From: Thermoanaerobaculia bacterium
GTDB lineage: Bacteria; Acidobacteriota; Thermoanaerobaculia; UBA5066; Gp7-AA6
NCBI GenBank assembly: GCA_033853815.1
Contig: JAWOLE010000257.1
Coordinates: forward strand, 1 to 42,765
Reading direction: 5' to 3'
DNA: 42,765 bases
Of this stretch, positions 25,349 to 33,072 are shown piece after piece. The notes below the pieces were generated by a model. The model did no database searches. It saw only the letters and a program-made list of their open reading frames with translations, and was not told the origin of the DNA. Within the stretch, counting starts at the first letter, position 1; every line of letters starts with the position of its first letter. A program made the position numbers and the translations under genes.

Positions 25349-26607
25349 ACCTGCAGATCGCGATCTACGCCGCCCTCTTCCTGCTTTCGCTCGGGCTCTC
25401 GGCGTTCTTCGCAGGGGCGGAGACGGCGCTCGTCTCTCTGGGGCGGATCGATCTGCAGCGCCTGCGCGAGGGGGGGGACCGGCGCGGCGCGATCATTCGG
25501 GATCTGAAGTCCAACCGCAACCGGCTGCTCGCCACGATCCTGATCGGCCAGAATCTCTTCGTCAGCTCCGCCTCCGCGCTCGCGACCGTCCTGGCGACCG
25601 GGTGGCTCGGCGACAATTCCGGCGTGCCGGCGGCGATCGTCTTCTCGACCCTGACGCTCTTCGTCTTCGCCGAGATGACGCCCAAGGCCGTCGGCGCGGC
25701 CTCGCCGGTCGCCATCTCCCGCGCGGTGGCGATCCCGCTCTCCTGGATGATGACGCTGCTCGGCCCCGTCGCGGCGCTGTGCGTGAGGCTGACGACCCGG
25801 GCGCTGCGGTTCCTCCGGATCCCCGAGAAGACGCCGGCCCTGACCGAAGAAGAGATGAAGAGCGTCATCAACCTCGGGGCCGACGAAGGCGTCATCCACG
25901 GCGAGGAACGCAAGCTCCTCCACAAGGTCCTGGAGTTCGGCGACAAGACGGCCCGGGACATCATGACGCCGCGCACGCGCGTGATCGCGCTGCCCGAGAC
26001 GGCGAAGTTCTCCGACGTGCGCCTCGTGCTCACCGAGCACAAGCTGTCGCGCCTCCCCATCTACCGCGGGTCGCTCGACAACATCGTCGGGATCCTCCAC
26101 GCCAAGGACCTCTTCGCCCTGACCGACGAGCAGGAGAAGGACTTCCGGCTCGACCAGTACGTGGACCAGCCCTTCCTGGTCCCCGAGTTCAAGCCCGCCG
26201 AGGAGGTCTTCCGGGAGATGCGCCGGCGCCGGACCCACATGGCCATCGTCGTGGACGAGTTCGGCGGGACGGCCGGCATCGTCACGATCGAGGACGCGAT
26301 CGAGGAGATGCTCGGGGCGATCCAGGACGAGTTCGACGAGGAGGAGACGCCCGGGTTCGTCGCGGCGGGCGAGCGCGCCTTCCTGCTCGAAGGGGGCTTC
26401 CGCCTGGACGATCTCGAGGAACAGTTCGGCATCGCCCTGCCGCGGGAAGAGGCCGAGACGATCGCGGGACACCTCATGCTGCGCTTCGGCCGGATCCCGC
26501 GCAAAGGCGAGCGCTGGAAGGGGCGCAAGGCCGACTTCGTCATCGAGGAGGCCACTTCGACCGCCGTCAAGACGGTGCGGATGATCCTCCCCCCGGAGAA
26601 AAATTGA
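25345..26607 (+). CDS. hemolysin/CNNM family protein (DUF21 - CBS pair - CorC_HlyC)
   Basis: MNLQIAIYAALFLLSLGLSAFFAGAETALVS (DUF21), CBS pair (DIMTPRTRV..), C-terminal transporter-associated domain. ATGA overlap with the queG stop. Confidence 0.9.
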   Translation: MNLQIAIYAALFLLSLGLSAFFAGAETALVSLGRIDLQRLREGGDRRGAIIRDLKSNRNRLLATILIGQNLFVSSASALATVLATGWLGDNSGVPAAIVFSTLTLFVFAEMTPKAVGAASPVAISRAVAIPLSWMMTLLGPVAALCVRLTTRALRFLRIPEKTPALTEEEMKSVINLGADEGVIHGEERKLLHKVLEFGDKTARDIMTPRTRVIALPETAKFSDVRLVLTEHKLSRLPIYRGSLDNIVGILHAKDLFALTDEQEKDFRLDQYVDQPFLVPEFKPAEEVFREMRRRRTHMAIVVDEFGGTAGIVTIEDAIEEMLGAIQDEFDEEETPGFVAAGERAFLLEGGFRLDDLEEQFGIALPREEAETIAGHLMLRFGRIPRKGERWKGRKADFVIEEATSTAVKTVRMILPPEKN

Positions 26608-26742
26608 TCCATTGATCCATTGATCCATTGACCCATCGATTCATTGACCCCTAGACGCGACGCGATGAACCAATGATTCAATGAGTCAATGAGTCAATCC
26701 TCTCTGGATCAATGATTCAATGAATCCATGAGTCAATCCCCT
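26603..26742. repeat. inverted tandem octamer array (6x ATTGAYCC, 13-nt spacer, 4+4x AATGANTC)
   Basis: Left arm 26603-26650 starts inside the last codon plus TGA of the upstream gene (AAT TGA). Right arm 26664-26742 contains the ATG of the downstream gene (cATGAGTCaat). Same octamer family as 9793-9888. Confidence 0.9.
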
Positions 26743-27747
26743 CGGACAGTGACCCTCATCAAGGGGGACGGGATCGGGCCGGAGGTGTCCGACGCCGTCC
26801 TCTCCATCCTCGACGCGGCCGGAGCCCCTCTGCGGTTCGAGGAGGTCGTCGTCGGGCTGCTGGCCGAGCGCGCGGAAGGAGACCTGCTTCCGCCTCGGGC
26901 GCTCGATTCCATCCGAAAGAACGGCGTGGCGCTCAAGGGCCCGGTCGAGACTCCGGTCGGCAAGGGGTTCGCCTCGATCAACGTGCGCCTGCGCAAGACT
27001 CTCGACCTGTACGCCAACCTGCGGCCCGTCAAGAACCTGCCGTCCGTCGCCAGCCGCTTCCAGGACGTGGACCTGGTGGTCGTGCGCGAGAACACGGAGG
27101 ACCTCTACAGCGGCCTCGAGCACACCGTCGTGCCCGGAGTCGTCGAATCCCTGAAGATCATCACGGAGATGGCCTCGACGCGGATCGCGCGCTTCGCCTT
27201 CGACTACGCCCGTCGGCGCGGAAGGAAGCGCGTCACCGCGATCCACAAGGCCAACATCATGAAGCTCTCCGACGGGCTCTTCCTCGAGTGCTTCCGGCGA
27301 GTCGCCCGCGAGTACTCCGACATCGCCGCCGACGACCGAATCGTGGACGCGGCCTGCATGCGCCTCGTCATGAGCCCCGGGGACTTCGACGTGATGCTCA
27401 TGGAGAACCTCTATGGCGACATCCTGTCGGACCTCGCGGCAGGCCTCGTCGGCGGCCTCGGCCTCGTTCCCGGCGCGAACATCGGCCAGTCGGCCGCCGT
27501 GTTCGAGGCCGTTCACGGCACCGCGCCGGACATCGCGGGACAGAACCGCGCCAATCCGACGGCCCTCCTGCTCTCCGCGGTCCTGATGCTGCGGCACCTC
27601 GAGCTCTTCCAGCATGCGGACCGCGTGGAGCAAGCGCTCGACGCGACCCTGGCGGCCGGGATCCGCACGGCCGACCTCGGAGGAGCCGCGGGAACGAAGG
27701 AGTTCGCCGGGGCGGTCGCCCAGCGAGTGCGAGATTCCAGGTTCTAG
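26728..27747 (+). CDS. isocitrate/isopropylmalate dehydrogenase family, NAD-IDH-like
   Basis: 339 aa. LIKGDGIGPEV, VRENTEDLYSG, NLYGDILSDLAAGLVGGLGLVPGANIG, HGTAPDIAGQNRANP. Confidence 0.88.
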   Translation: MSQSPRTVTLIKGDGIGPEVSDAVLSILDAAGAPLRFEEVVVGLLAERAEGDLLPPRALDSIRKNGVALKGPVETPVGKGFASINVRLRKTLDLYANLRPVKNLPSVASRFQDVDLVVVRENTEDLYSGLEHTVVPGVVESLKIITEMASTRIARFAFDYARRRGRKRVTAIHKANIMKLSDGLFLECFRRVAREYSDIAADDRIVDAACMRLVMSPGDFDVMLMENLYGDILSDLAAGLVGGLGLVPGANIGQSAAVFEAVHGTAPDIAGQNRANPTALLLSAVLMLRHLELFQHADRVEQALDATLAAGIRTADLGGAAGTKEFAGAVAQRVRDSRF

Positions 27748-27807
27748 GTGCGAAGTTCGAAGGACAGGGGTGTTCAACCTTGAACCTGGAACTTCGAACC
27801 TCGCACC
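27733..27807. repeat. inverted tandem heptamer array (4x GRTKCNA, spacer, 5x TNGMACY)
   Basis: Left arm 27733-27760 contains the IDH TAG (27745-27747). Right arm 27773-27807 contains the candidate trmB TTG (27780). 27747-27760 pairs with 27794-27807 at 13/14 positions. Confidence 0.8.
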
Positions 27808-28382
27808 CGGCAAGAGACGAAACCCTCTGGCACGAGGAGATTTTCGATCCGAGGGAGTTCTTCGGTCGCGAGGCGCCACTCGAGATCGAGATCGGCAGCG
27901 GGAAGGCCCGCTTCCTGATCGCGGCGGCGGCCTCCAATCCCGCTCACGATTTCCTGGGCCTCGAGCGATCCCTTTCCTATTACCGGATCTGCCGGGACCG
28001 AATCGCCCGTTCGGGTCTTCCCAACGCCGGCGTCCTTCGGGCCGACGGGCGGCTCTTCGCGCGCGCTCTTCGCCCGGGCTCGGTCCGCGCCTTCCACGTC
28101 TACTTTCCCGATCCCTGGCCCAAGAGGAAACAGAAGAAGCGCCGGCTCCTCGACTCCGTGACGCTCGAGCTCCTGGCCTCGCGGCTCGAGCCCGGGGGGA
28201 CGCTACGAATCGCGACGGATCATCCCGACTACGGGCGCGCGATCGGGCCATCGCTCGCGACCGTCGGGTCCCTCCAGAGGCTGGACTGGAGCGCGTTACC
28301 CGCGCCGCCCCCGACCAACTACGAGATCAAGTACACCTCCCAGGGCCGTCCGATCTGGCGTTTCCTCTGCGTGAAACGTTAA
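27780..28382 (+). CDS. trmB: tRNA (guanine46-N7)-methyltransferase
   Basis: EIEIGSGKARFL, FPDPWPKRKQKKRRL, TDHPDY. No ATG in frame. TTG at 27780 is the most 5' start downstream of the IDH stop. Confidence 0.85.
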   Translation: MNLELRTSHPARDETLWHEEIFDPREFFGREAPLEIEIGSGKARFLIAAAASNPAHDFLGLERSLSYYRICRDRIARSGLPNAGVLRADGRLFARALRPGSVRAFHVYFPDPWPKRKQKKRRLLDSVTLELLASRLEPGGTLRIATDHPDYGRAIGPSLATVGSLQRLDWSALPAPPPTNYEIKYTSQGRPIWRFLCVKR

Positions 28383-28457
28383 ACGTCAAACGTTAAACGT
28401 AGCTCGGACGGCCACGATTTACGTTTTACCTTTTACGTTTTACGGCTTCGGCTTCGG
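28374..28457. repeat. inverted tandem heptamer array (4x AAACGTN, 16-nt spacer, 4x TTTACSK) plus 2x CTTCGG
   Basis: Left arm 28374-28401 includes the last two codons and TAA of trmB. Right arm is 28418-28445. It lies between the convergent trmB and pgsA stops. Confidence 0.9.
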
Positions 28458-28459
28458 GC

Positions 28460-29080
28460 CTATTCGGGGGGCGGTAGCGGCCCCGTGAAGGCGATGATCC
28501 GCTGGAGGAAGACCCGGAAGTACTGCGCGCCCGAAACGATGGCGACGGCCACGACGACCCAGAGCGCGGCCTTGCCGGGTAGCAGGAACGACTCGTAGCG
28601 CTCCGAAAGGATCAGAAGCGAGATCGCCGTGATCTGAGAGGCCATCTTGGCCTTTCCCCAGTTGGAGGCCGCGATCACGATTCCCTGGCCGGAGGCGATC
28701 GAGCGCAGCCCCGTGACCGCGAACTCGCGGCCCACGACGACGACGACCATCCATGCCGGGGCGAGCCCGACCTCGACCAGCGAGATGAAGGCGGCGGAGA
28801 TCAGGAGCTTGTCGGCGATCGGGTCGAGCAGGGTCCCCAAGGTGGTGATCTCGCTGCGCCGGCGGGCGAGCCAGCCGTCGAAGAAATCGGTCGCGGTCGC
28901 CAGCAGGAAGATCGTCAGGGCCACGATCTCCCGCCCTTCGAACTTGGTGAGGAGGACCACGACGAGGAAGGGGACGAGGAAGATGCGAAGAAGGGTCAGG
29001 GCGTTGGGAAGGTTTATCCTCAGGGCCCTGGCGTGTAGCCGCGACGCGTCTACCGCGGCGGCCGGCGGCGCGACCTCCAT
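28460..29080 (-). CDS. pgsA: CDP-diacylglycerol--glycerol-3-phosphate 3-phosphatidyltransferase
   Basis: CDP-alcohol phosphatidyltransferase motif DFFDGWLARRRSEITTLGTLLDPIADK. Start is ATG 29080 (alternative GTG 29104). Confidence 0.9.
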   Translation of the reverse strand: MEVAPPAAAVDASRLHARALRINLPNALTLLRIFLVPFLVVVLLTKFEGREIVALTIFLLATATDFFDGWLARRRSEITTLGTLLDPIADKLLISAAFISLVEVGLAPAWMVVVVVGREFAVTGLRSIASGQGIVIAASNWGKAKMASQITAISLLILSERYESFLLPGKAALWVVVAVAIVSGAQYFRVFLQRIIAFTGPLPPPE

Positions 29081-29162
29081 GATCAGTTTCTTCTCGCGGC
29101 TCACGGCTTGCGGCTCCCGACGGTCATAATAGCGCCATGCACCGCTGCGGGACCGGCCGGCG

Positions 29163-30599
29163 TTGATCCCCGGTTTTCCTCTGGGTACCGACGGCTGGCG
29201 CGGCGTCATCGCCGATGGCTGCACGTTCGGGGCGATCCGGCGCGTGGCCGGCGCGGCTGCCGCCGTCTATTCCGGCCTGACGGAGGGAGACCGGAGCCGC
29301 ATCCTCGTCGGCTACGACACCCGGTTCCTCTCGCCGGAACTCGCGCGGGCTGCGGCCGAGGTCTTCGCGCGGGCCGGGATCTCGGTCCTGCTCTCCGACC
29401 GCCCGATCCCGACCCCCGCCGTCTCCTTCTCGGTGCGGCGGCTCGGCCTCGCCGGAGGGATCGCGATCACGGCGAGCCACAATCCGGCCGAATACAACGG
29501 CGTCAAGATCAAGGCCCGTTTCGGATCGAGCGCCCCTCCCGAGCTCTACGAGAGGGTGGAACGCGCTGCCGCCGCCCCTCCCCCGGCGGGCTCCCGGCCG
29601 GCGGAGATCCGCGCCTGCGATCTTCTCTCCCCCTACCGCGACCGGCTGGCATCGCTCGTTCGCCTGGACGCGGTCCGGGCGGCCGGGCTCTCGGTGCTGG
29701 CCGACTCGATGCACGGCGCCGCGGGGACCCTGCTCTCCGATATCCTCGCCGGGGGGCGGACGCGCGCCGTCGGCTTCCGGGCGGAGCGAGACGCGCTCTT
29801 CGGAGGCGTCCACCCCGAACCGATCGCGTCGAACCTGACGGCGGCTTCCGAGCGGCTTCGTTCCTCGGGGTGCAGCCTGGCGGTGGCGCAGGACGGCGAC
29901 GCGGACCGCCTGGGAGTCCTCGATCGAAAGGGCGGGTTCGTCTCGCCTCACCGGGTGCTCGCGCTGCTCCTGCTCCACGCTTTCCGCCGCCGCGGCCTGA
30001 GCGGCGGCATCGCCCGGACGTTCTCGACGTCGCTCCTGATCGACCGCGTGGCTTCGGCGCTCGGCGCCCCCCTCCACGAGACGCCGATCGGCTTCAAGTA
30101 CGTCGCGGAGTTGATGAACAGAGGGGTCGTGGTCGCTGGCGGAGAGGAGAGCGGGGGCTACGCTTTTGCGTTCCACCTGCCCGAGCGGGACGGGGTCTTC
30201 AACGCCCTGCTCCTGATCGAGAGCCTCGCGGTCAGCGGGCAGGGTCTCGACGAAGCGCTGGCCGGCCTCGCCGCCGAGTTCGGCTCCTTCGCCTACGGCC
30301 GGCGCGACGTCTATCTTCCGGTGCCCGTGATCCGGGAGTTTCTGGCCGAGGTCGAGAAGGACCCGCCGGAGAGCGCGGCCGGACAGACGGTCACCGAAGT
30401 CCGGAACCTGGACGGCGTGAAATACCTCTTCGGCGAGCGCGGCTGGCTCCTCCATCGCCTCTCGGGCACCGAGCCGATGATCCGCCTCTACTGCGAGCAC
30501 GAGGAAGAGGCGGCCGTGGAGAAGGTCCTCGAGGAGGCCGAAGCGCGCTTACGGAAGTTTGCGGCCAAGAGAGGCGGCCAGGGACCGTCGTCATCCTGA
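29163..30599 (+). CDS. phosphoglucomutase/phosphomannomutase family protein (alpha-D-phosphohexomutase)
   Basis: Active-site TASHNPAEYNG, metal loop AQDGDADR, sugar loop GGEESGG. TTG start at 29163. Confidence 0.9.
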   Translation: MIPGFPLGTDGWRGVIADGCTFGAIRRVAGAAAAVYSGLTEGDRSRILVGYDTRFLSPELARAAAEVFARAGISVLLSDRPIPTPAVSFSVRRLGLAGGIAITASHNPAEYNGVKIKARFGSSAPPELYERVERAAAAPPPAGSRPAEIRACDLLSPYRDRLASLVRLDAVRAAGLSVLADSMHGAAGTLLSDILAGGRTRAVGFRAERDALFGGVHPEPIASNLTAASERLRSSGCSLAVAQDGDADRLGVLDRKGGFVSPHRVLALLLLHAFRRRGLSGGIARTFSTSLLIDRVASALGAPLHETPIGFKYVAELMNRGVVVAGGEESGGYAFAFHLPERDGVFNALLLIESLAVSGQGLDEALAGLAAEFGSFAYGRRDVYLPVPVIREFLAEVEKDPPESAAGQTVTEVRNLDGVKYLFGERGWLLHRLSGTEPMIRLYCEHEEEAAVEKVLEEAEARLRKFAAKRGGQGPSSS

Positions 30600-30658
30600 G
30601 CGCAGCGAAGGATCTGCCCGGGTTCAATCGCGGGAGCAGATCTTTCGTCGCTTCGCTC
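30598..30658. terminator. long imperfect hairpin between convergent genes (candidate bidirectional terminator)
   Basis: GAGCGCAGCGAAGGATCTGC (30598-30617) pairs with GCAGATCTTTCGTCGCTTCGCTC (30636-30658). It overlaps the TGA of the mutase gene and ends 1 nt before the stop of the convergent gene. Confidence 0.5.
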
Positions 30659-30659
30659 C

Positions 30660-31829
30660 TCACACGCGGGGGGTCTTCGGTCCTTCCGTCAGCACGACGC
30701 CTTCGCCTTCGAAGCGCAGCCGGGGGGCGTTGCCGGCGTCGGGCAGCATGATGTCTTCCAGGAACCGATCCTCCACGACGGAGGGGAGAAGCTCACCGGT
30801 CCACGCCACGAGATCCCTGGAAGAGACCGTCAGGGGAAAATCGGGCGCCACGTCATGGGCCTCGAGCGGCCCCGACACCGACACGACCGCGCCGCCGCGG
30901 CCCCGAACCTTCAGGACGTCCATCCGCCGGTGCGTCCGGAAATCCTGGATGGGCTCCAGGCGGAACTGGAGGGCGCTCGCGAGGGCGACCACGCGCCCGC
31001 CTTCGAGGTGGAGGGACTGCCCGCCCGCCTCCCGGACGACGCACCGGCCCGCCGGGTCGCAGAGGAGCAGGTCGCCCGTCCCTTCGGCCTTCACGAGGCG
31101 TTCCAGCCGCGTGCCGGCAAACGCCGACTCCTCGGAGAAACGCAACCGGCCGCTGTACCAGACGACCGACCCTCTGCGCACGTAGACGAGCCCGCGCGAG
31201 GCGACTTCCAGGGTCCCGTCCGCGACGGCCCGGAAGAGAGGCCGGTCCTCGGCGTCGCGGCGCGCCGAGGAGGCGAACGAGACGGCCGGCGACTCCGGAG
31301 CGGGTCGGACCGGCTCGGGCGGGGGCACGGCCGAAAGCGTCGTCGGAGGCGTCCGCGAGAGCGTTTCCTCGATTTCTGCGGCGACCCCGCGGGCGCCGCC
31401 GCGGCGCAGCTCGGCGAGCGCGGGGCGAAGCTTTCCACGCATCCGATGGACGAGCCCGAGATAGAGATGACTGCGGGCATGATCGGGCTTGAGCGCGATC
31501 GCGCGCTCGAACTGCCGCTCCGCCTCGTCCAGCGCTCCGGTCTTCAGCAGGATGAGCCCCAGGTTCGCATGCAGGATGGCGGAATCGGGATTGGCTTCGA
31601 GAAGGGCTCGCGCGGCTCTCGCAGCCTCCCCATAGTCGCCGCGACGGAACTCGACGAGCGAGACGAGGCTCAGGAGGTCCGGGTCGGCCGGCCGCACGAG
31701 GCTCGCCAGCTCCAGCTCCTGCCGGGCCTCCTCGAGACGACCGGCGCCGAGAAGCGCGCGCGCGCGGCCCAGGTGGAGGAAGAAGACGGCCTGATCGAGC
31801 GAGGGATCGCCGCCGGCCGCTCGCGGCAT
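30660..31829 (-). CDS. TPR-repeat protein with C-terminal AIM24-like beta domain
   Basis: N-terminal TPRs (GRLEEARQELELA.., GDYGEAARAARALLEANP, GALDEAERQFERAIALKP). The C-terminal ~210 aa is beta-rich with AIM24/DUF124-like segments (GSVVWYSGRLRF, LLLCDPAGRCVV, GGAVVSVSGPLEA). The domain call is tentative. Confidence 0.7.
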   Translation of the reverse strand: MPRAAGGDPSLDQAVFFLHLGRARALLGAGRLEEARQELELASLVRPADPDLLSLVSLVEFRRGDYGEAARAARALLEANPDSAILHANLGLILLKTGALDEAERQFERAIALKPDHARSHLYLGLVHRMRGKLRPALAELRRGGARGVAAEIEETLSRTPPTTLSAVPPPEPVRPAPESPAVSFASSARRDAEDRPLFRAVADGTLEVASRGLVYVRRGSVVWYSGRLRFSEESAFAGTRLERLVKAEGTGDLLLCDPAGRCVVREAGGQSLHLEGGRVVALASALQFRLEPIQDFRTHRRMDVLKVRGRGGAVVSVSGPLEAHDVAPDFPLTVSSRDLVAWTGELLPSVVEDRFLEDIMLPDAGNAPRLRFEGEGVVLTEGPKTPRV

Positions 31830-31833
31830 GGGG

Positions 31834-32538
31834 CTACCCTCTCTTCAACCCTCGGGCCGGAGAGAAATCGGTCGTGATCAGAGGGCGGTTCTTGCGGTCG
31901 CGCGTCAGGCGAACGGGCCGGCCTTTCGCGCTCCCCCAGGTCCGGTCCGCGGGCAGCCCGAAACCGCCCCCGAGCGAGGACTTGCCGTAGTAGGCGGCGA
32001 GTCCCTTGCGGACGTAGAGGCGCGTCTCGGCAAACGGCGGCACGCCGCCGTAGCGGGCGACGGCCGCTTCCCCGGCATTGTAGGCGGCCAGAACGCGCCG
32101 CGTGTCCCCGCCATAGAGGCCGAGCAGGTAGGCCAGATGCCGCGCGCCGGCCGAGATGTTCTCGGTCGGGTCGAAACTGTCGTGGATCCGGTAGCGCTGC
32201 GCCGTCTCGGGCATGAGCTGCATGAGGCCCCGGGCTCCCTTGCGGGATACGGCCGCCGGATTGAAGGCGGACTCGATCAGGATGACCGACTTGACGAGCC
32301 GCGGATCGATCGCGTTCGAGCGGGCGGCGTCCTCGATCAGGCCGTCGTAGAGCGAGGGGGTCTCCACTCGTGAGGCGAGCCAGGCGTCGCTGTGGGCCAG
32401 GGCCTCGCGGACCGAGGAGCCCACGCCGTCGTTGTAGATGAAACGCTTGCCCCCCTTGACGCCTATCCGCACCTCACCCGACGCAGCGGCCGCGGCGCAC
32501 AGGAAGAGGGCGGCGAGCGCCACGCTTCGGGATCTCAT
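31834..32538 (-). CDS. lytic transglycosylase (SLT domain), secreted
   Basis: Signal peptide MRSRSVALAALFLCAAAAASG. Catalytic context ILIESAFNPAAVSRKGARGLMQLMPETA and AAYNAGEAAV. Start is ATG 32538. Confidence 0.88.
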   Translation of the reverse strand: MRSRSVALAALFLCAAAAASGEVRIGVKGGKRFIYNDGVGSSVREALAHSDAWLASRVETPSLYDGLIEDAARSNAIDPRLVKSVILIESAFNPAAVSRKGARGLMQLMPETAQRYRIHDSFDPTENISAGARHLAYLLGLYGGDTRRVLAAYNAGEAAVARYGGVPPFAETRLYVRKGLAAYYGKSSLGGGFGLPADRTWGSAKGRPVRLTRDRKNRPLITTDFSPARGLKRG

Positions 32539-33034
32539 GAGATTGAGACGGATTATAGCGGGCACGGGTGTCCGAGGCCAGCTGTCCGGCCGGTCAGGGT
32601 GTCTTTGTTTGAAAGCATCTTGCTTCGAGCCGCCCCGGCGTCGGGCCGCCTCCCTCGTCGGCACGCTCCGGCCCTGCCACCAAAGAGAGAGCCGGGCCGT
32701 CGCTGGTCGCTCAGTCGCAGGGTTGGCGAGGCGAATCGAATCAATGTGCCATGCTTCTTCGCTCATCGCCGCCTGCGGAAGACGTCCCGCCGCCAGGGCT
32801 CTTACCCGGACTTAAGCCGCGCTGCCAGCCCCGGAGCCGGCGGCGTTTCCCAGAGGAGGCCTTGTCCGAGGGCACACACGGCAGTAGTGACTAAGACTGG
32901 ATATCCCGGTGCCCGAGTGACCAGAGCGGCGGCCCTCCGGTCGCGTTTGCGGCCTGGCCGCCGCGTGCCGACGAGGAGAACGACGGCGGATCCGGGGCGC
33001 ATATTCAGAGAGCGGCTCGGAAGAGGGCCTTGCA

Positions 33035-33072
33035 AGAATGAGAAAAGAACGCGACGGCCCGGTCAGGGGCCG
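33035..33072 (-). terminator. candidate intrinsic terminator overlapping the alaS stop
   Basis: The minus strand reads CGGCCC-CTGACC-GGGCCG, then TCGC and GTTCTTTTCTCATTCTT. The TGA of alaS lies in the loop. Confidence 0.4.

Noticed and set aside
32539-33062. RNase P RNA, tmRNA or SRP RNA in the long spacer
   Set aside because: The minus strand has GGCUUAAGUCCGGGUAAG, which faintly resembles the RNase P AAGUCCGGG and CCGGCUUA motifs. The full conserved regions (GAGGAAAGUCCGGGC, ACAGAACCCGGCUUA, GGUAAGAGCGCACC context) are absent. So are the tmRNA ends and tag frame and the SRP domain IV motif.
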